The translations under genes were made by a program, and so were the position numbers. From IMG/VR virus record IMGVR_UViG_3300011774_000001, positions 128,001 to 192,000 of that record: DNA of 64,000 nt; one strand, written 5' to 3'. Shown here piece by piece: positions 29,418 to 38,999 of this stretch. Origin of the DNA: a virus (lineage: Duplodnaviria > Caudoviricetes). Each line of letters starts with the position of its first letter. Position 1 is the stretch's first letter. Below the pieces are notes generated by a model that saw only the letters and a list, made by a program, of their open reading frames with translations, was not told where the DNA came from and did no database searches.

Positions 29418-30269
29418 ATGATCGCTAAGTTGAACATCCTTTTCATGGGCCATGGCGTTTATTTCATGGACGCCAATAACAGTGCCCGCACCACATTGGT
29501 CCACTGCATGGGTCGTGTGTTGTTTGAACACTTCACTCAGGAATGGGGTGCCAACAATGCTGAGCTGGCTCGGGCAATCCGCGAGGCTGACAATGCTCTA
29601 ATGACGGTCACCGTCCAGGCTGAGAAGATGTACGAGACACTCATGTCGGACGCCCCGATGTATGAGGCTGATCGCCCTGGACGGGGCTCTCTGCTCGCCG
29701 ATGCCCGCAACCCCAACGCCGGGCGGCCAGCGATGCAGTTTAATCTGCAATACTCCAACGAGCCAAACCGCATCATTGCCAAGTCGTTGTATGACGCAGC
29801 CCACCACATTGCGTGGTACAGCTATGAGAGCATGGCGGGTGCTCCACGAGATCGGTTGGAAAAGTTGGTACGGGGTGAGGTGCAAAGCAGTATTGATTCA
29901 GAGATTGTCTCTGGGTTGAACTCGCCAAGCTTCTTCGACCTGTTTGGCCGTGAACCAATTCTGTTAACGGCGTTCGCAGGCTTTGAAGCCAACCTGCGTA
30001 ATCGTGGTTTCCGTGAGGACCATTTGTCGTTGGTATGGGAAGACATCGATAAGGATGGCACCGTTCAACCACAACCAGCCTCCAAGTATCTTTCTGACCG
30101 ACCTCTGAAAGATATCAAGGACATACTCTGCCATCTGGGGATGAACGAAAGTGACGCAATCACCTTCGCCACCAATCTGGGACAAGCTGGTCTCAGCATT
30201 GGCACCGATCTTCACAACGAGATCATCCGCGACATCCGTGGACTGCTCATCAACAAAATCAAACACTAA
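29418..30269 (+). CDS. hypothetical protein
   Basis: 283 aa ORF in operon. Confidence 0.8.
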   Translation: MIAKLNILFMGHGVYFMDANNSARTTLVHCMGRVLFEHFTQEWGANNAELARAIREADNALMTVTVQAEKMYETLMSDAPMYEADRPGRGSLLADARNPNAGRPAMQFNLQYSNEPNRIIAKSLYDAAHHIAWYSYESMAGAPRDRLEKLVRGEVQSSIDSEIVSGLNSPSFFDLFGREPILLTAFAGFEANLRNRGFREDHLSLVWEDIDKDGTVQPQPASKYLSDRPLKDIKDILCHLGMNESDAITFATNLGQAGLSIGTDLHNEIIRDIRGLLINKIKH

Positions 30270-30285
30270 TTCCGGGGAATCGATT

Positions 30286-31080
30286 ATGGGCATTGCAGAA
30301 AACGTGAAGGACAAAAAAGAAAACACCCGCCACCATCAAGAGCGCATGCGGGTTATCCAGATCATGGCGCCCGTGAGCTACGAGTTCAGCCCAGATCGCC
30401 CTCCTCAAGCGTTCGAACTGGAAGTGGGTTTCACCGACCATCACCGTGGGCCAACTGCTCCAGTGCGGTTTGAAAGTGCTGACCTGTTGTTCAAGGAACT
30501 GCATCCTTCCATCGATCGTCAGGACCTGCTGCCTAATCTGGGCAAGCCGTTCTTCTTCGTGAATCAGGTTTACATGCCGCATGACTACCGGCCAGAAACC
30601 CATCACGTTGAACTGTTCCTGCCAGAAGGCCTAGTTCGCGGCTACCTGAACATCTACAACAGCCTGGGCTACCAAACCCGTTCGACCTTCCGGGAAACCA
30701 CCCCGCGGTCTACGGTACTGGACCTACTGGCACTGGTCGCCTTCCACAACACCCTGAGCCTGGACTGGTTGTTTGACCCAACCATGTCTGTCAAGGAGTT
30801 CCTCAAGCACATCGGTTTGGGCGATGATGAAGAGGTCAAGAAGGGCAATGAGCGCGAGCGTGAAAGCTTTGCCGCTACCAGCGCTAGCCCGTGGATCAAC
30901 ATCCGTCAGGACGTAGACCGCGCCATGCGCAATCGTGATCCTCGCGGTGGCCAGATGCATCGTCAGGGCGACAGCATCGCATACTTCTACGCCGAGAACC
31001 TGCTGCCAATCGATCCAACCATCCGCCAAATGCTTCAGCTGCCGGCGGCCACTCTCGTTAACTACGTGCCAGGATTCTGA
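30286..31080 (+). CDS. hypothetical protein
   Basis: GGGGA SD before ATG 30286. Confidence 0.75.
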   Translation: MGIAENVKDKKENTRHHQERMRVIQIMAPVSYEFSPDRPPQAFELEVGFTDHHRGPTAPVRFESADLLFKELHPSIDRQDLLPNLGKPFFFVNQVYMPHDYRPETHHVELFLPEGLVRGYLNIYNSLGYQTRSTFRETTPRSTVLDLLALVAFHNTLSLDWLFDPTMSVKEFLKHIGLGDDEEVKKGNERERESFAATSASPWINIRQDVDRAMRNRDPRGGQMHRQGDSIAYFYAENLLPIDPTIRQMLQLPAATLVNYVPGF

Positions 31081-31081
31081 C

Positions 31082-31276
31082 ATGAACGATCATTTCAACA
31101 AAGCATTCGCCGACATCTTTGGCAGCGCTCAGCTCGACCCAATGCCGAAGAACCCAGGCAATGCTTCACGTACCCGCATGTACCCAGGCGCAACGGGTGC
31201 GCGCACTCCGGTGACACTCAAAAGTGGTCACGATTCTCTGACCTCTGCGTGCCGGCAGCATAAGGGCCAGCCGTAA
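31082..31276 (+). CDS. small hypothetical protein
   Basis: AGGA SD; ATG 1 nt after the upstream stop. Confidence 0.45.
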   Translation: MNDHFNKAFADIFGSAQLDPMPKNPGNASRTRMYPGATGARTPVTLKSGHDSLTSACRQHKGQP

Positions 31277-31291
31277 GGCCGGCCAATGTGC

Positions 31292-32113
31292 TCAAAGCAA
31301 TCCACCCACCATGGATTGAATATGGTCCAGGTGCGACAGTGGGTCGACCAGGATGGATACCTTTTCCCACTTCTTCATCTGCTCTTCGTAGAGTTCGTTG
31401 GCATCTTGATAGCTGTCAACGATTTCCTTGAAGCGGCCGATGGACATACCACCCGCGATCTGGGCTTCATCCATTGGGATGACAATGTTGTTGTAGATGT
31501 ACGCCTTAACAGCGAACTCGCACAACTTCTTGAAATGCTTCCAGGCAGCTGGTGGTACGTGGGACAGGGTGGCATCGTTTTCCAACTGGCAGTCGAGGTA
31601 CAGTGTACCCGCCAGACGCAGAGGGGAACGAATCATGATGACGTTATCACCAATGATCTGGATATTGCTATCCGACATCAGAGGCATGGCGTCACGGGAT
31701 TGCTTCACTGCCCGCATGGCATCTACCAACCCACTCGACGCACCAAACTGCATCGATACCGAACCACCCAATGCACCCGTAGGCGTACCGGTTACCATGG
31801 CGTAAACCGCGGTGATCGATCGCCCATTGGTACGGGACTTCGGAATGGTCAGGACCAAACTCCAGTCGTCTTGTTGCTCTTGCACCAGGCCAACCAGAGA
31901 GACCAACTCACGTTGACCACTGATGAGGTTGATGCCGGGCAGAACACGGCCCTCAATTACCTTTTCACGGATAACGTGATCGATGCTCACCACCGGGGCA
32001 TTTCGGCGTCCCCAAGTCTCCCGGCGGATAAGATCATTCTGGAATGCCTCTTTGAGGATGGGCATCGGAATGATGTGCTTCAACTCATTGAGCGTGTGCT
32101 GAATGGCGTTCAT
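31292..32113 (-). CDS. conserved phiKZ-like protein encoded divergently from PhuZ (putative structural)
   Basis: MNAIxxxL...IPxxILxxAF N-terminus and position typical of phiKZ-like phages. Confidence 0.7.
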   Translation of the reverse strand: MNAIQHTLNELKHIIPMPILKEAFQNDLIRRETWGRRNAPVVSIDHVIREKVIEGRVLPGINLISGQRELVSLVGLVQEQQDDWSLVLTIPKSRTNGRSITAVYAMVTGTPTGALGGSVSMQFGASSGLVDAMRAVKQSRDAMPLMSDSNIQIIGDNVIMIRSPLRLAGTLYLDCQLENDATLSHVPPAAWKHFKKLCEFAVKAYIYNNIVIPMDEAQIAGGMSIGRFKEIVDSYQDANELYEEQMKKWEKVSILVDPLSHLDHIQSMVGGLL

Positions 32114-32207
32114 GATTTAAACCTGCAATGTCCGTTAGGTATTTATTAGCTAATACATGTTGATGAATGCCTCATCTACCCCAAAGTGTTACACAAGGAG
32201 CAACACT

Positions 32208-33248
32208 GTGACTGCAAAAGTAAACATCCTCGCGTGCGGCGGCTTCGGTCAAAACATTATGTTGCTGCTGGCCAAGCGTGCTTCGTTCAAAGATCTGGCA
32301 CCGGCGCTGAGCCTGCATGCCTTTGACACCTCGAAGTCGAACCTCAAACGTTTCGTCGGTACCGAAATCGAATCCAGCGTCACCAAGCACCTGGTCGAAG
32401 GCGTCGACGGTTCCGGTAAGCTGCGTGCTGAAAACCACGAAGCCATCACCCAACTGGCCATCGACACCGTCAACAGCGGCAAGATCGAAGAAGGTCTGTG
32501 CATCATCGTTTCCTCGGCCTCCGGTGGTTCGGGTTCGAAGTTCGCTGACGACCTGCACGAACAGCTGGCCAAACGTGGTCGCCGTGTGATCTCCATGATC
32601 CTGGGCACCGACGAAGACGCCGAGGCGCTGGGCAACACCCTGAAGACCATCAAGACCTACCGCCACAAGGCCAGCCTGGGCGACAAGAACTTCGTCATGT
32701 TCTACGGCCAGAACCGTTTCCCGGTCGAAGGCGAAGACGGCAAGACCTACATCGACGAGGCACTGGCCGACGAGCTGTTCGTGACCAACCTGGAAGACAT
32801 CCTGATGATCGGCCACCCAGAGAACAACACTCTGGACACGGCAGACCAACTGCGCTTCCTGAACTACCGTAACGGCAGCGAAGACAAGGGCCAACTGCGC
32901 TTCCTGTCCCTGGTCAGCCGCACTGCCGAGCAGGACTTCCCAACCGACGAAGACGTACCGGTATCGGCGCTGTCCCTGCTGGCCAAACCTGGCATCACCC
33001 CGCAGTTCCCAATGGGCACCGGCTACTCCACTCGTGGCGTACTGGGCAGCTCGCTGGGCTTTGCTGAAGGCGTGGTGGAAGTACAGTTCCAACTCTTCTC
33101 CGGTCGCACTGGCAAACTGGCCAACCAACTGGACAAGCAGCAGAAGCTGTACGACACCATCCAGGCCAAGCAAGCGCAGAACAGTTCGGGCGATGATTTC
33201 AAGCGCTCCGACAAGGACAAGGTCTCCGAGTCCAACGCGTTCCTGTAA
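32208..33248 (+). CDS. phuZ: phage tubulin PhuZ
   Basis: ACGGFGQNI, DTSKSN, GVDGSGKLR, SSASGGSGS tubulin signature, LDTAD T7 loop; AAGGAG SD with GTG 32208. Confidence 0.95.
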   Translation: MTAKVNILACGGFGQNIMLLLAKRASFKDLAPALSLHAFDTSKSNLKRFVGTEIESSVTKHLVEGVDGSGKLRAENHEAITQLAIDTVNSGKIEEGLCIIVSSASGGSGSKFADDLHEQLAKRGRRVISMILGTDEDAEALGNTLKTIKTYRHKASLGDKNFVMFYGQNRFPVEGEDGKTYIDEALADELFVTNLEDILMIGHPENNTLDTADQLRFLNYRNGSEDKGQLRFLSLVSRTAEQDFPTDEDVPVSALSLLAKPGITPQFPMGTGYSTRGVLGSSLGFAEGVVEVQFQLFSGRTGKLANQLDKQQKLYDTIQAKQAQNSSGDDFKRSDKDKVSESNAFL

Positions 33249-33261
33249 TACCTGAGCATGG

Positions 33262-33289
33262 GGCCGGCCTTCGGGCTGGCCTTTATGCC
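33262..33289 (+). terminator. hairpin terminator with TTTATGCC tail
   Basis: GGCCGGCC-TTCG-GGCTGGCC-TTTATGCC. Confidence 0.85.
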
Positions 33290-33464
33290 ACTACTCTTTT
33301 TTTTTTGTTAAACCACACCGGCTCTTCTAATGTATTGAAGTCATGCCGATCGGTCAGGGATTGGTAACTGGTTTTTCACGGGCCAGTGGTTTCAAGCACT
33401 TGATTATCCGCCTCCCTCCGGGGAGGTTTTTTTTTTTTGCCGTCGTTTTATGGAGACACCCCAA

Positions 33465-33836
33465 ATGTCCTACATCCTTACCGGTGAGTCCAACCCTCAC
33501 TTCCCGCTGCGGGCGCTTATTCTGGCTCCGGCTCTGCAGTCCGACCTCGTTCTGAAAATCGCCCCAGGTGGCGCGGTCGAGAAGGTTCTGCGCTTCATGG
33601 GTACTCACCACATCGACAACGTTGATCGTTCGAGTGAAGCCGAATATGCATACAGCGCCCAGCGCCGTCAGGTGGCTCGCTTCTTCGTTCTGGAAGACTC
33701 TGTCCAGGGCCAGTCCTGCGTTCATAACCACTACGACATCGAGATCACTGAACAGTCGCTGGAAAACGAGTTGTTCGCTTTCATCCCCCTCGTTATCGTT
33801 CAGCACTCGACGGAGGGTGCAGGGGCCGACGTATGA
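33465..33836 (+). CDS. hypothetical protein
   Basis: GGAG SD. Confidence 0.7.
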   Translation: MSYILTGESNPHFPLRALILAPALQSDLVLKIAPGGAVEKVLRFMGTHHIDNVDRSSEAEYAYSAQRRQVARFFVLEDSVQGQSCVHNHYDIEITEQSLENELFAFIPLVIVQHSTEGAGADV

Positions 33837-34189
33837 TCCCCCGCACGGTCTTTGGCCGCGACGAACATGGTAACGAAGTAACGCCACTCCAACTCGACTT
33901 CGGTAAGCAGTTCACCTTAGGTCAGTTGGTGTTGGCCAGTCATGTTCCAGAGACCATGATGTTCAAGGTGCAGACCAATGGACGTCCTGGTCAGATGATG
34001 CAGTACGAGGGCACTGGTCCCCTGCGCCGTCATGGTTCTCAGGAGCCCGGCATTATCAACAACTACGCACACTTCACCCCGTACATCCGCAAGGGTCCTG
34101 GCGTGTGGGTGCTTTCCAATAGCGAGACGATCTCTGTCCCGCTGAGTAAAGAAGAGCTGATGAGCCTTTATCAGTTCTACAAACTGTAA
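33833..34189 (+). CDS. hypothetical protein
   Basis: ATGA coupling. Confidence 0.7.
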   Translation: MIPRTVFGRDEHGNEVTPLQLDFGKQFTLGQLVLASHVPETMMFKVQTNGRPGQMMQYEGTGPLRRHGSQEPGIINNYAHFTPYIRKGPGVWVLSNSETISVPLSKEELMSLYQFYKL

Positions 34190-34200
34190 CGGAGAATGCA

Positions 34201-34647
34201 ATGGATCTGTTTCAAGGTAGCAAGATGATCGCTGCTCAGGCGATGACCCTCGGCGAGTACAACAAGTACCGTGGCTGGACCATCCCTGAGAACGAAGACC
34301 CGGCCCGTGAAGGTTACCTGGTCGAGTACATCGGCAACAATGACTCCAACCACCCAGAGCACAAGAGCTACATCTCCTGGTCGCCGAAGAAGCAGTTCGA
34401 CGATAGCCACGTCAAGGCCGGCGGTCCAGAAGCCCTGACCTATCCTCCATTCGTGCAGCGTCTGCTCGGCGAGCGTGCTGAACTGAAAAGCGATCTGGAA
34501 AAGCTGCAGGCCTTCCAGGGCACCGAACTCTGGCAGAAGCTGCCGGACAACGTGCGCTCGCTGATGACTCGTCAGGACACGCTCATGTGCAGCCTGCTCG
34601 ACATCCTCGATCAGCGCGTGGAACTGGCCCTGCCTAAGGAGGCGTGA
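34201..34647 (+). CDS. two-domain protein: YISWSPK domain plus crAss001_48-like helical domain (candidate immune-signal sponge)
   Basis: EGYLVEY...YISWSPKKQF; QRLLGERAELxxxLEKLxAF...LMxRQ...M...ILxQR. Confidence 0.7.
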   Translation: MDLFQGSKMIAAQAMTLGEYNKYRGWTIPENEDPAREGYLVEYIGNNDSNHPEHKSYISWSPKKQFDDSHVKAGGPEALTYPPFVQRLLGERAELKSDLEKLQAFQGTELWQKLPDNVRSLMTRQDTLMCSLLDILDQRVELALPKEA

Positions 34648-35060
34648 TGCGTCACATCCTCCTGTTGGGCTGCTTCTCTGTTCTGGAAATGGCGCGTGGT
34701 GAATACGACAAGCGTCGTGGTCAAGACACTGGCCCAGATGCCGACGTGGAAGGCTACCAGCTGACCAATGTGGCCACCGGTCAAGTTCACTGGCAACGTA
34801 AAGAAGAAGTCGATCGTTCCAGCACTGCGCTGCCCGATAACTTTGCTGACTATCGTCCAGAAGATCGTCCGTGGATCGCCGAACGTGCTTTGCATGCTCA
34901 GCGTATCGTGGAGCTGGAATCCGAGTTGGCCCGCCGTAAACTGCACTACCAGCAGAACGGTACAACCGACACGTTTGCCCAGAACTTCATCGAACCCCAC
35001 ATCGAAGCGCTCAAGCAACGCGTGGCCGAATTGACCGATGCGATTCGCTGCATTGACTGA
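34644..35060 (+). CDS. divergent tandem paralogue of previous gene
   Basis: MARGEYDKRRG...EGY...HWQRKEEVD versus MTLGEYNKYRG...EGY...SWSPKKQFD. Confidence 0.65.
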   Translation: MMRHILLLGCFSVLEMARGEYDKRRGQDTGPDADVEGYQLTNVATGQVHWQRKEEVDRSSTALPDNFADYRPEDRPWIAERALHAQRIVELESELARRKLHYQQNGTTDTFAQNFIEPHIEALKQRVAELTDAIRCID

Positions 35061-35209
35061 CGTCCCTATTATGTGTGGACATCTGTCTGCGTACGGTCGC
35101 GGTTAGCACTTCTTAGCCTGGCAGCCTTTGGGCAGCAAACGGCAGGATCAACCGCTCAGCCTGCCCACCCTTCGGGGTGGGCTTTTATGCCCCCATGCTA
35201 GGAGCCCCC

Positions 35210-35410
35210 ATGTCAGCCATCTTTCGTTGCGTCAAATGCAATCATGTTGACCACATGGAAATCCGCTACCCCTGCGGTGAAGACATGAACGTCGATCTAC
35301 ATCCTACCCCACTCATCTGCACCATCTGTGCTGGTCTACCCTGGCACAACCGAATGACCCGTCAAGTGTACAACCCAGAGCTACATGACGTCGTTAATCC
35401 ACCTACTTAA
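35210..35410 (+). CDS. small Zn-ribbon protein
   Basis: AGGAG SD; CVKC...CTIC...WH. Confidence 0.7.
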   Translation: MSAIFRCVKCNHVDHMEIRYPCGEDMNVDLHPTPLICTICAGLPWHNRMTRQVYNPELHDVVNPPT

Positions 35411-35549
35411 AGTTCTACGGCTTCATCCAATTTATTGGTGAAACTCACGTCGTGTTGCTCCTTAACGACCTGAGCCTCCTGGACGAGCGACCTGCACTCT
35501 TTGGGGGAGTGCTGCGACGAGCTTGTCAACTGAAGTCCTGTGTGCGGAA

Positions 35550-35592
35550 GGCATGAGTCTCCTCCCTCGGAAGGGGAGGAGACCTTATGCTG
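35550..35592. terminator. hairpin terminator with TTATGC tail
   Basis: GGCATGA-GTCTCCTCCC-TCGGAAG-GGGAGGAGAC-CTTATGC. Confidence 0.8.
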
Positions 35593-35720
35593 CTAGATGG
35601 CTCTGGAAGGGCCCTAGAAAACGAATTATAACAGAATGGTACCACGCTATGGTTTAGGCCTATAAAGCCTCTCTAGCGCAATTCTGGAAGCCTACGCTCA
35701 ATGCGATACGAGTCGTTTTG

Positions 35721-35741
35721 AAACCTAAATTATCAAATTGA
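35721..35741 (+). promoter_or_regulatory. phage promoter motif, copy 6
   Basis: AAACCTAAATTATCAAATTGA upstream of the small-gene array. Confidence 0.75.
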
Positions 35742-35762
35742 TAGTGGCCCTGGACGTTTGCT

Positions 35763-36101
35763 ATGAGATTTTCCCCAATCCCAGATGACCACGTCACAGT
35801 TCTGTTCAATGTTACCGAGATCGATGAGGAGTTAAACCAGATTGGCCAATCGGTCAGTATGGATGACTACCTTGCTTGGATCTTCATTGAACTAGGGTTC
35901 CCCGTCATTACCCCACCCTGGATGGCAGAACCTCACTTACCTTTTATAGCTCGCCAAGTGCGCCAACACCAGTTGTCGGATATCCGGCTGCTGTTAGGCA
36001 AGGTTTTACACAAGGCAGGTTGGAATGGTCAGGAGCTGTTGGTGTGCGTTCAAGGTCGTGCTTATTGCTCGATCAGTTTTTTCAAGGAGCGTGCTGGATG
36101 A
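35763..36101 (+). CDS. array protein 1 (hypothetical)
   Basis: VTVLFNVTEI ... ELLVCVQGRAYCSISF. Confidence 0.7.
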   Translation: MRFSPIPDDHVTVLFNVTEIDEELNQIGQSVSMDDYLAWIFIELGFPVITPPWMAEPHLPFIARQVRQHQLSDIRLLLGKVLHKAGWNGQELLVCVQGRAYCSISFFKERAG

Positions 36102-36676
36102 ACTTTATATTTGACCTCGGCGAACAACTGGCTGAGTTACCTGCGAATATCCCGCAGGGAGACTTCAATCAGACGCTGGGTCTACATATGTTGGAACGGC
36201 GGCATTGGATGAGCTTTCTTGTGGAGGACGCTCGCGAGTGTCTGAAAGAGAAAGTCTTCGGCGGTATGAATGACCGTGCCAAGCGCATGGCCAAGCTGCT
36301 GCGTCAACTCGCTTCAGATTGTGGCGAGGAAGACCTGGCTAAGTTCTTCAAGCTGGCGATTGAAGCGTCAGAAGAAGAGCCTGTGATCGCAGAGCGTAAC
36401 GGTGATGGGGTGGTGACCTCCGAACCATTGAGTGCGCCTGCTCAGTACATGGAAGACCTGGACGACCTGCTCGATGACGTATTCTACGAAATCGGTGCGG
36501 AGATTCAGGAGTTCGTCAACGGTTTCTACGTCAAGGGTGATCTGTGGTCGGTGGATGCAACGCCGAACTCGAATCACATGGTCTTTACTTTCTGCTGCCG
36601 TCGCTCTGCTGTTGAAGCTGCCGTGCTAGCGTCCGGTGGCAAAATGCGAGATTTCGTGCAGCACCTAATCGGATAG
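36098..36676 (+). CDS. array protein 2 (hypothetical)
   Basis: AAGGAG SD; MNFIFDLGEQ ... WSVDATPNSNHMVFTF. Confidence 0.75.
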   Translation: MNFIFDLGEQLAELPANIPQGDFNQTLGLHMLERRHWMSFLVEDARECLKEKVFGGMNDRAKRMAKLLRQLASDCGEEDLAKFFKLAIEASEEEPVIAERNGDGVVTSEPLSAPAQYMEDLDDLLDDVFYEIGAEIQEFVNGFYVKGDLWSVDATPNSNHMVFTFCCRRSAVEAAVLASGGKMRDFVQHLIG

Positions 36677-36684
36677 GTGTCACC

Positions 36685-37167
36685 ATGCTGTACACACCCG
36701 GACCAATAGAGCCGCCTCCTAGCTTTAAGTTGGTCATCAATCTGGAGGAGATTCTAGGTGGGTTTCATTACGACCTGGAAGATCCGCGGTTCGCTGCCAT
36801 CGCGTCTCAGTTTGAAGGCGATACGGTTGGCTACATTGCCCGTGGGTTGATTCACAACCTGATGGGTATTCCAGGCGGCATGACCATTGACGATGCTTCC
36901 CGGTTCTTTCCTTACGAACTGGTAGGCATTGCCAAGGTATTCATCGAACGCTTTTGGATGGCATTGTCTGGTGACGTTGCCAAAATGGAAGCCATGATTC
37001 GCCACACCAACCCAGGTAAATCGTTCGAGGCCAACCGAGTACCGGCCCCAATGGTTGAAGGCTATTACAGCTTGACCATCTGGTACTACTGGAAAACCCC
37101 AGAGATGGTGGCTGCCGAGAATTACATGGAGCTGACCGAAGAGGAGCCAGAGCTACTCGGCTTCTAG
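36685..37167 (+). CDS. array protein 3 (hypothetical)
   Basis: KLVINLEEI ... YSLTIWY. Confidence 0.75.
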   Translation: MLYTPGPIEPPPSFKLVINLEEILGGFHYDLEDPRFAAIASQFEGDTVGYIARGLIHNLMGIPGGMTIDDASRFFPYELVGIAKVFIERFWMALSGDVAKMEAMIRHTNPGKSFEANRVPAPMVEGYYSLTIWYYWKTPEMVAAENYMELTEEEPELLGF

Positions 37168-37175
37168 GAGACGCA

Positions 37176-37598
37176 ATGCAGAGAGAGGTGCGTTGGGATC
37201 TGGGTGAGATGCTGGGAGAAGCGGACTTTGCCTTAAAGGGTCGTCCGCTCTCAACCAATCAAGCCTTGAGAGATCTCGTTGCTGACATGGCTTCCCTGGC
37301 CTTGCGCGACATCAGTACCGGTACCAATAACTTCCTGGACGAGTTCCTCGAAAGCAACGTGGGTTCTGAGCATCATTACCTAGCGTTGTTCTTCCGTAGC
37401 CGTGCAGCACAGTGGTATCAGGAGATCACCTCGTTTATCAACAAAGCCAGCCATGAGTTTGATTGGTTTTCGATAGACGACATTACTCAAATCACCCCAA
37501 CACTTCTGAGGATCAAACTGAATGTTGGGTACTACCATGAGAATCCAGACGCATGTATGGACATTACCGAATTTCCATCGACCTCAATGAGTCGATAG
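37176..37598 (+). CDS. array protein 4 (hypothetical)
   Basis: AGGAG SD; EVRWDLGEM ... ITQITPTLLRIKL. Confidence 0.75.
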   Translation: MQREVRWDLGEMLGEADFALKGRPLSTNQALRDLVADMASLALRDISTGTNNFLDEFLESNVGSEHHYLALFFRSRAAQWYQEITSFINKASHEFDWFSIDDITQITPTLLRIKLNVGYYHENPDACMDITEFPSTSMSR

Positions 37599-38146
37599 CA
37601 GAGATCCGGCAGATTCTGTCGGCTGTCTCTGGCGAAACGTACAACGATGAAATGACCACCCGCGCCTGTGCACACTACAAGCAATTAGCGCTTGTGTGTG
37701 CCTGTGCATTTATGATGTCGCCTGTTTCGCTGAACCTAAAGGATCGGCAAAAGCGACTCCAAGTGCGCAGCAGCATGAGTGAGAACATTCAGTCGGTGTA
37801 CCCCATGTTTGTAGGTGAGCAGCCCGCATGGGACTATCAGGAAACGGTTACGGTGGTCACTGAGCTGGCGATCAGCTTTGTGCAAACCATGATCTTCTTC
37901 AAACCAGAACTGCTGTCAATCATCGGCCTGTCTCATCTGTACGTGTTCACCCCATTGAACATCGGCACGGACAATGCCCCGACCACCGATAAGTTTGATG
38001 GCATGAGGCCACTTGAACGTTATCGGGAACTGAGGAGACTGGATAATCTAGGAGCGGGTACAGATGTTGTTATCCGCGAACCAGATAACCAACTGAGCTT
38101 CACTCTCTGGGTGAGGCCGCCTCCCACAGCAAGGTTACTAACGTGA
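37553..38146 (+). CDS. array protein 5 (hypothetical)
   Basis: RISIDLNES ... VVIREPDNQLSFTL. Confidence 0.7.
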   Translation: MYGHYRISIDLNESIAEIRQILSAVSGETYNDEMTTRACAHYKQLALVCACAFMMSPVSLNLKDRQKRLQVRSSMSENIQSVYPMFVGEQPAWDYQETVTVVTELAISFVQTMIFFKPELLSIIGLSHLYVFTPLNIGTDNAPTTDKFDGMRPLERYRELRRLDNLGAGTDVVIREPDNQLSFTLWVRPPPTARLLT

Positions 38147-38583
38147 TGGGTGTAGAATTCTACGAACAACAACGTCGCTTCTTTAGGGAACAATGGGGAC
38201 AGGATAAAGTGATCCTAAGACTCTCACGAGAGGACAGCTGCTTTGATCTGGGCATGGAGGTTGGTAATCTGGATGCCTACTGCCAGACGATCATTGAAGC
38301 AGTCATCGAGGCCATCGCCATGGAACGTCGTAATGCACACTACGAGTATCCGGGCACCGCGGCGTTGCAATACCTAGTGGGGTACGAATGGTTGGTCGCC
38401 AAATTCTCTTGGATCGTGGGTAACAAGTTCGATCACGAGAGAATCATACCTGACCTTGTGCTGGTGTATAGCTACATTGCGGACTATATCGACTCGACCT
38501 TTGAAGATTGGAACCGCGAGTGTCCAACCTGTATCCGGTTCACCTTAACCCCAGGCTTCTTTGAATTTGAGATAGGTGAATGA
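38143..38583 (+). CDS. array protein 6 (hypothetical)
   Basis: KVILRL ... IRFTLTPGFFEFEI. Confidence 0.7.
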   Translation: MMGVEFYEQQRRFFREQWGQDKVILRLSREDSCFDLGMEVGNLDAYCQTIIEAVIEAIAMERRNAHYEYPGTAALQYLVGYEWLVAKFSWIVGNKFDHERIIPDLVLVYSYIADYIDSTFEDWNRECPTCIRFTLTPGFFEFEIGE

Positions 38584-38999
38584 AGAAACTTCTGATCATC
38601 GATCTCATGGAGGAGATCAACGAATACGCTGGCGATGTCCCGGAGGAATCTTGGGACTACGACAGTATGTTGTCTGAGTATGGAACACCCGATGAGCTGG
38701 CGATGAGTGCAGCTACCGGGTTCTTCGGCTATCTGGGTTCGGATGATCCTAACCATGATGAGGAAGAAGAATTTGACGAGATGGACAAGTCGATTGGGTA
38801 TGGCTGCGTCATAGAGCCCCCAGACCAGTTTTGGTTCGACGTGCACCATAATCTGAATAACTTCAAGGATACCCTAGTGGCACAGGGCCTAGTCCACATG
38901 AGCGATTTAAGCTTTAGTGGCGGACGGTTGATCATTGAGGTGTCCAACGAAATGGATATGGCGAAGCATCATGACAGAGTCCAACCCCCCAGAAGCTGA
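38580..38999 (+). CDS. array protein 7 (hypothetical, highly acidic)
   Basis: LLIIDLMEEI ... LSFSGGRLIIEV. Confidence 0.75.
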   Translation: MKKLLIIDLMEEINEYAGDVPEESWDYDSMLSEYGTPDELAMSAATGFFGYLGSDDPNHDEEEEFDEMDKSIGYGCVIEPPDQFWFDVHHNLNNFKDTLVAQGLVHMSDLSFSGGRLIIEVSNEMDMAKHHDRVQPPRS

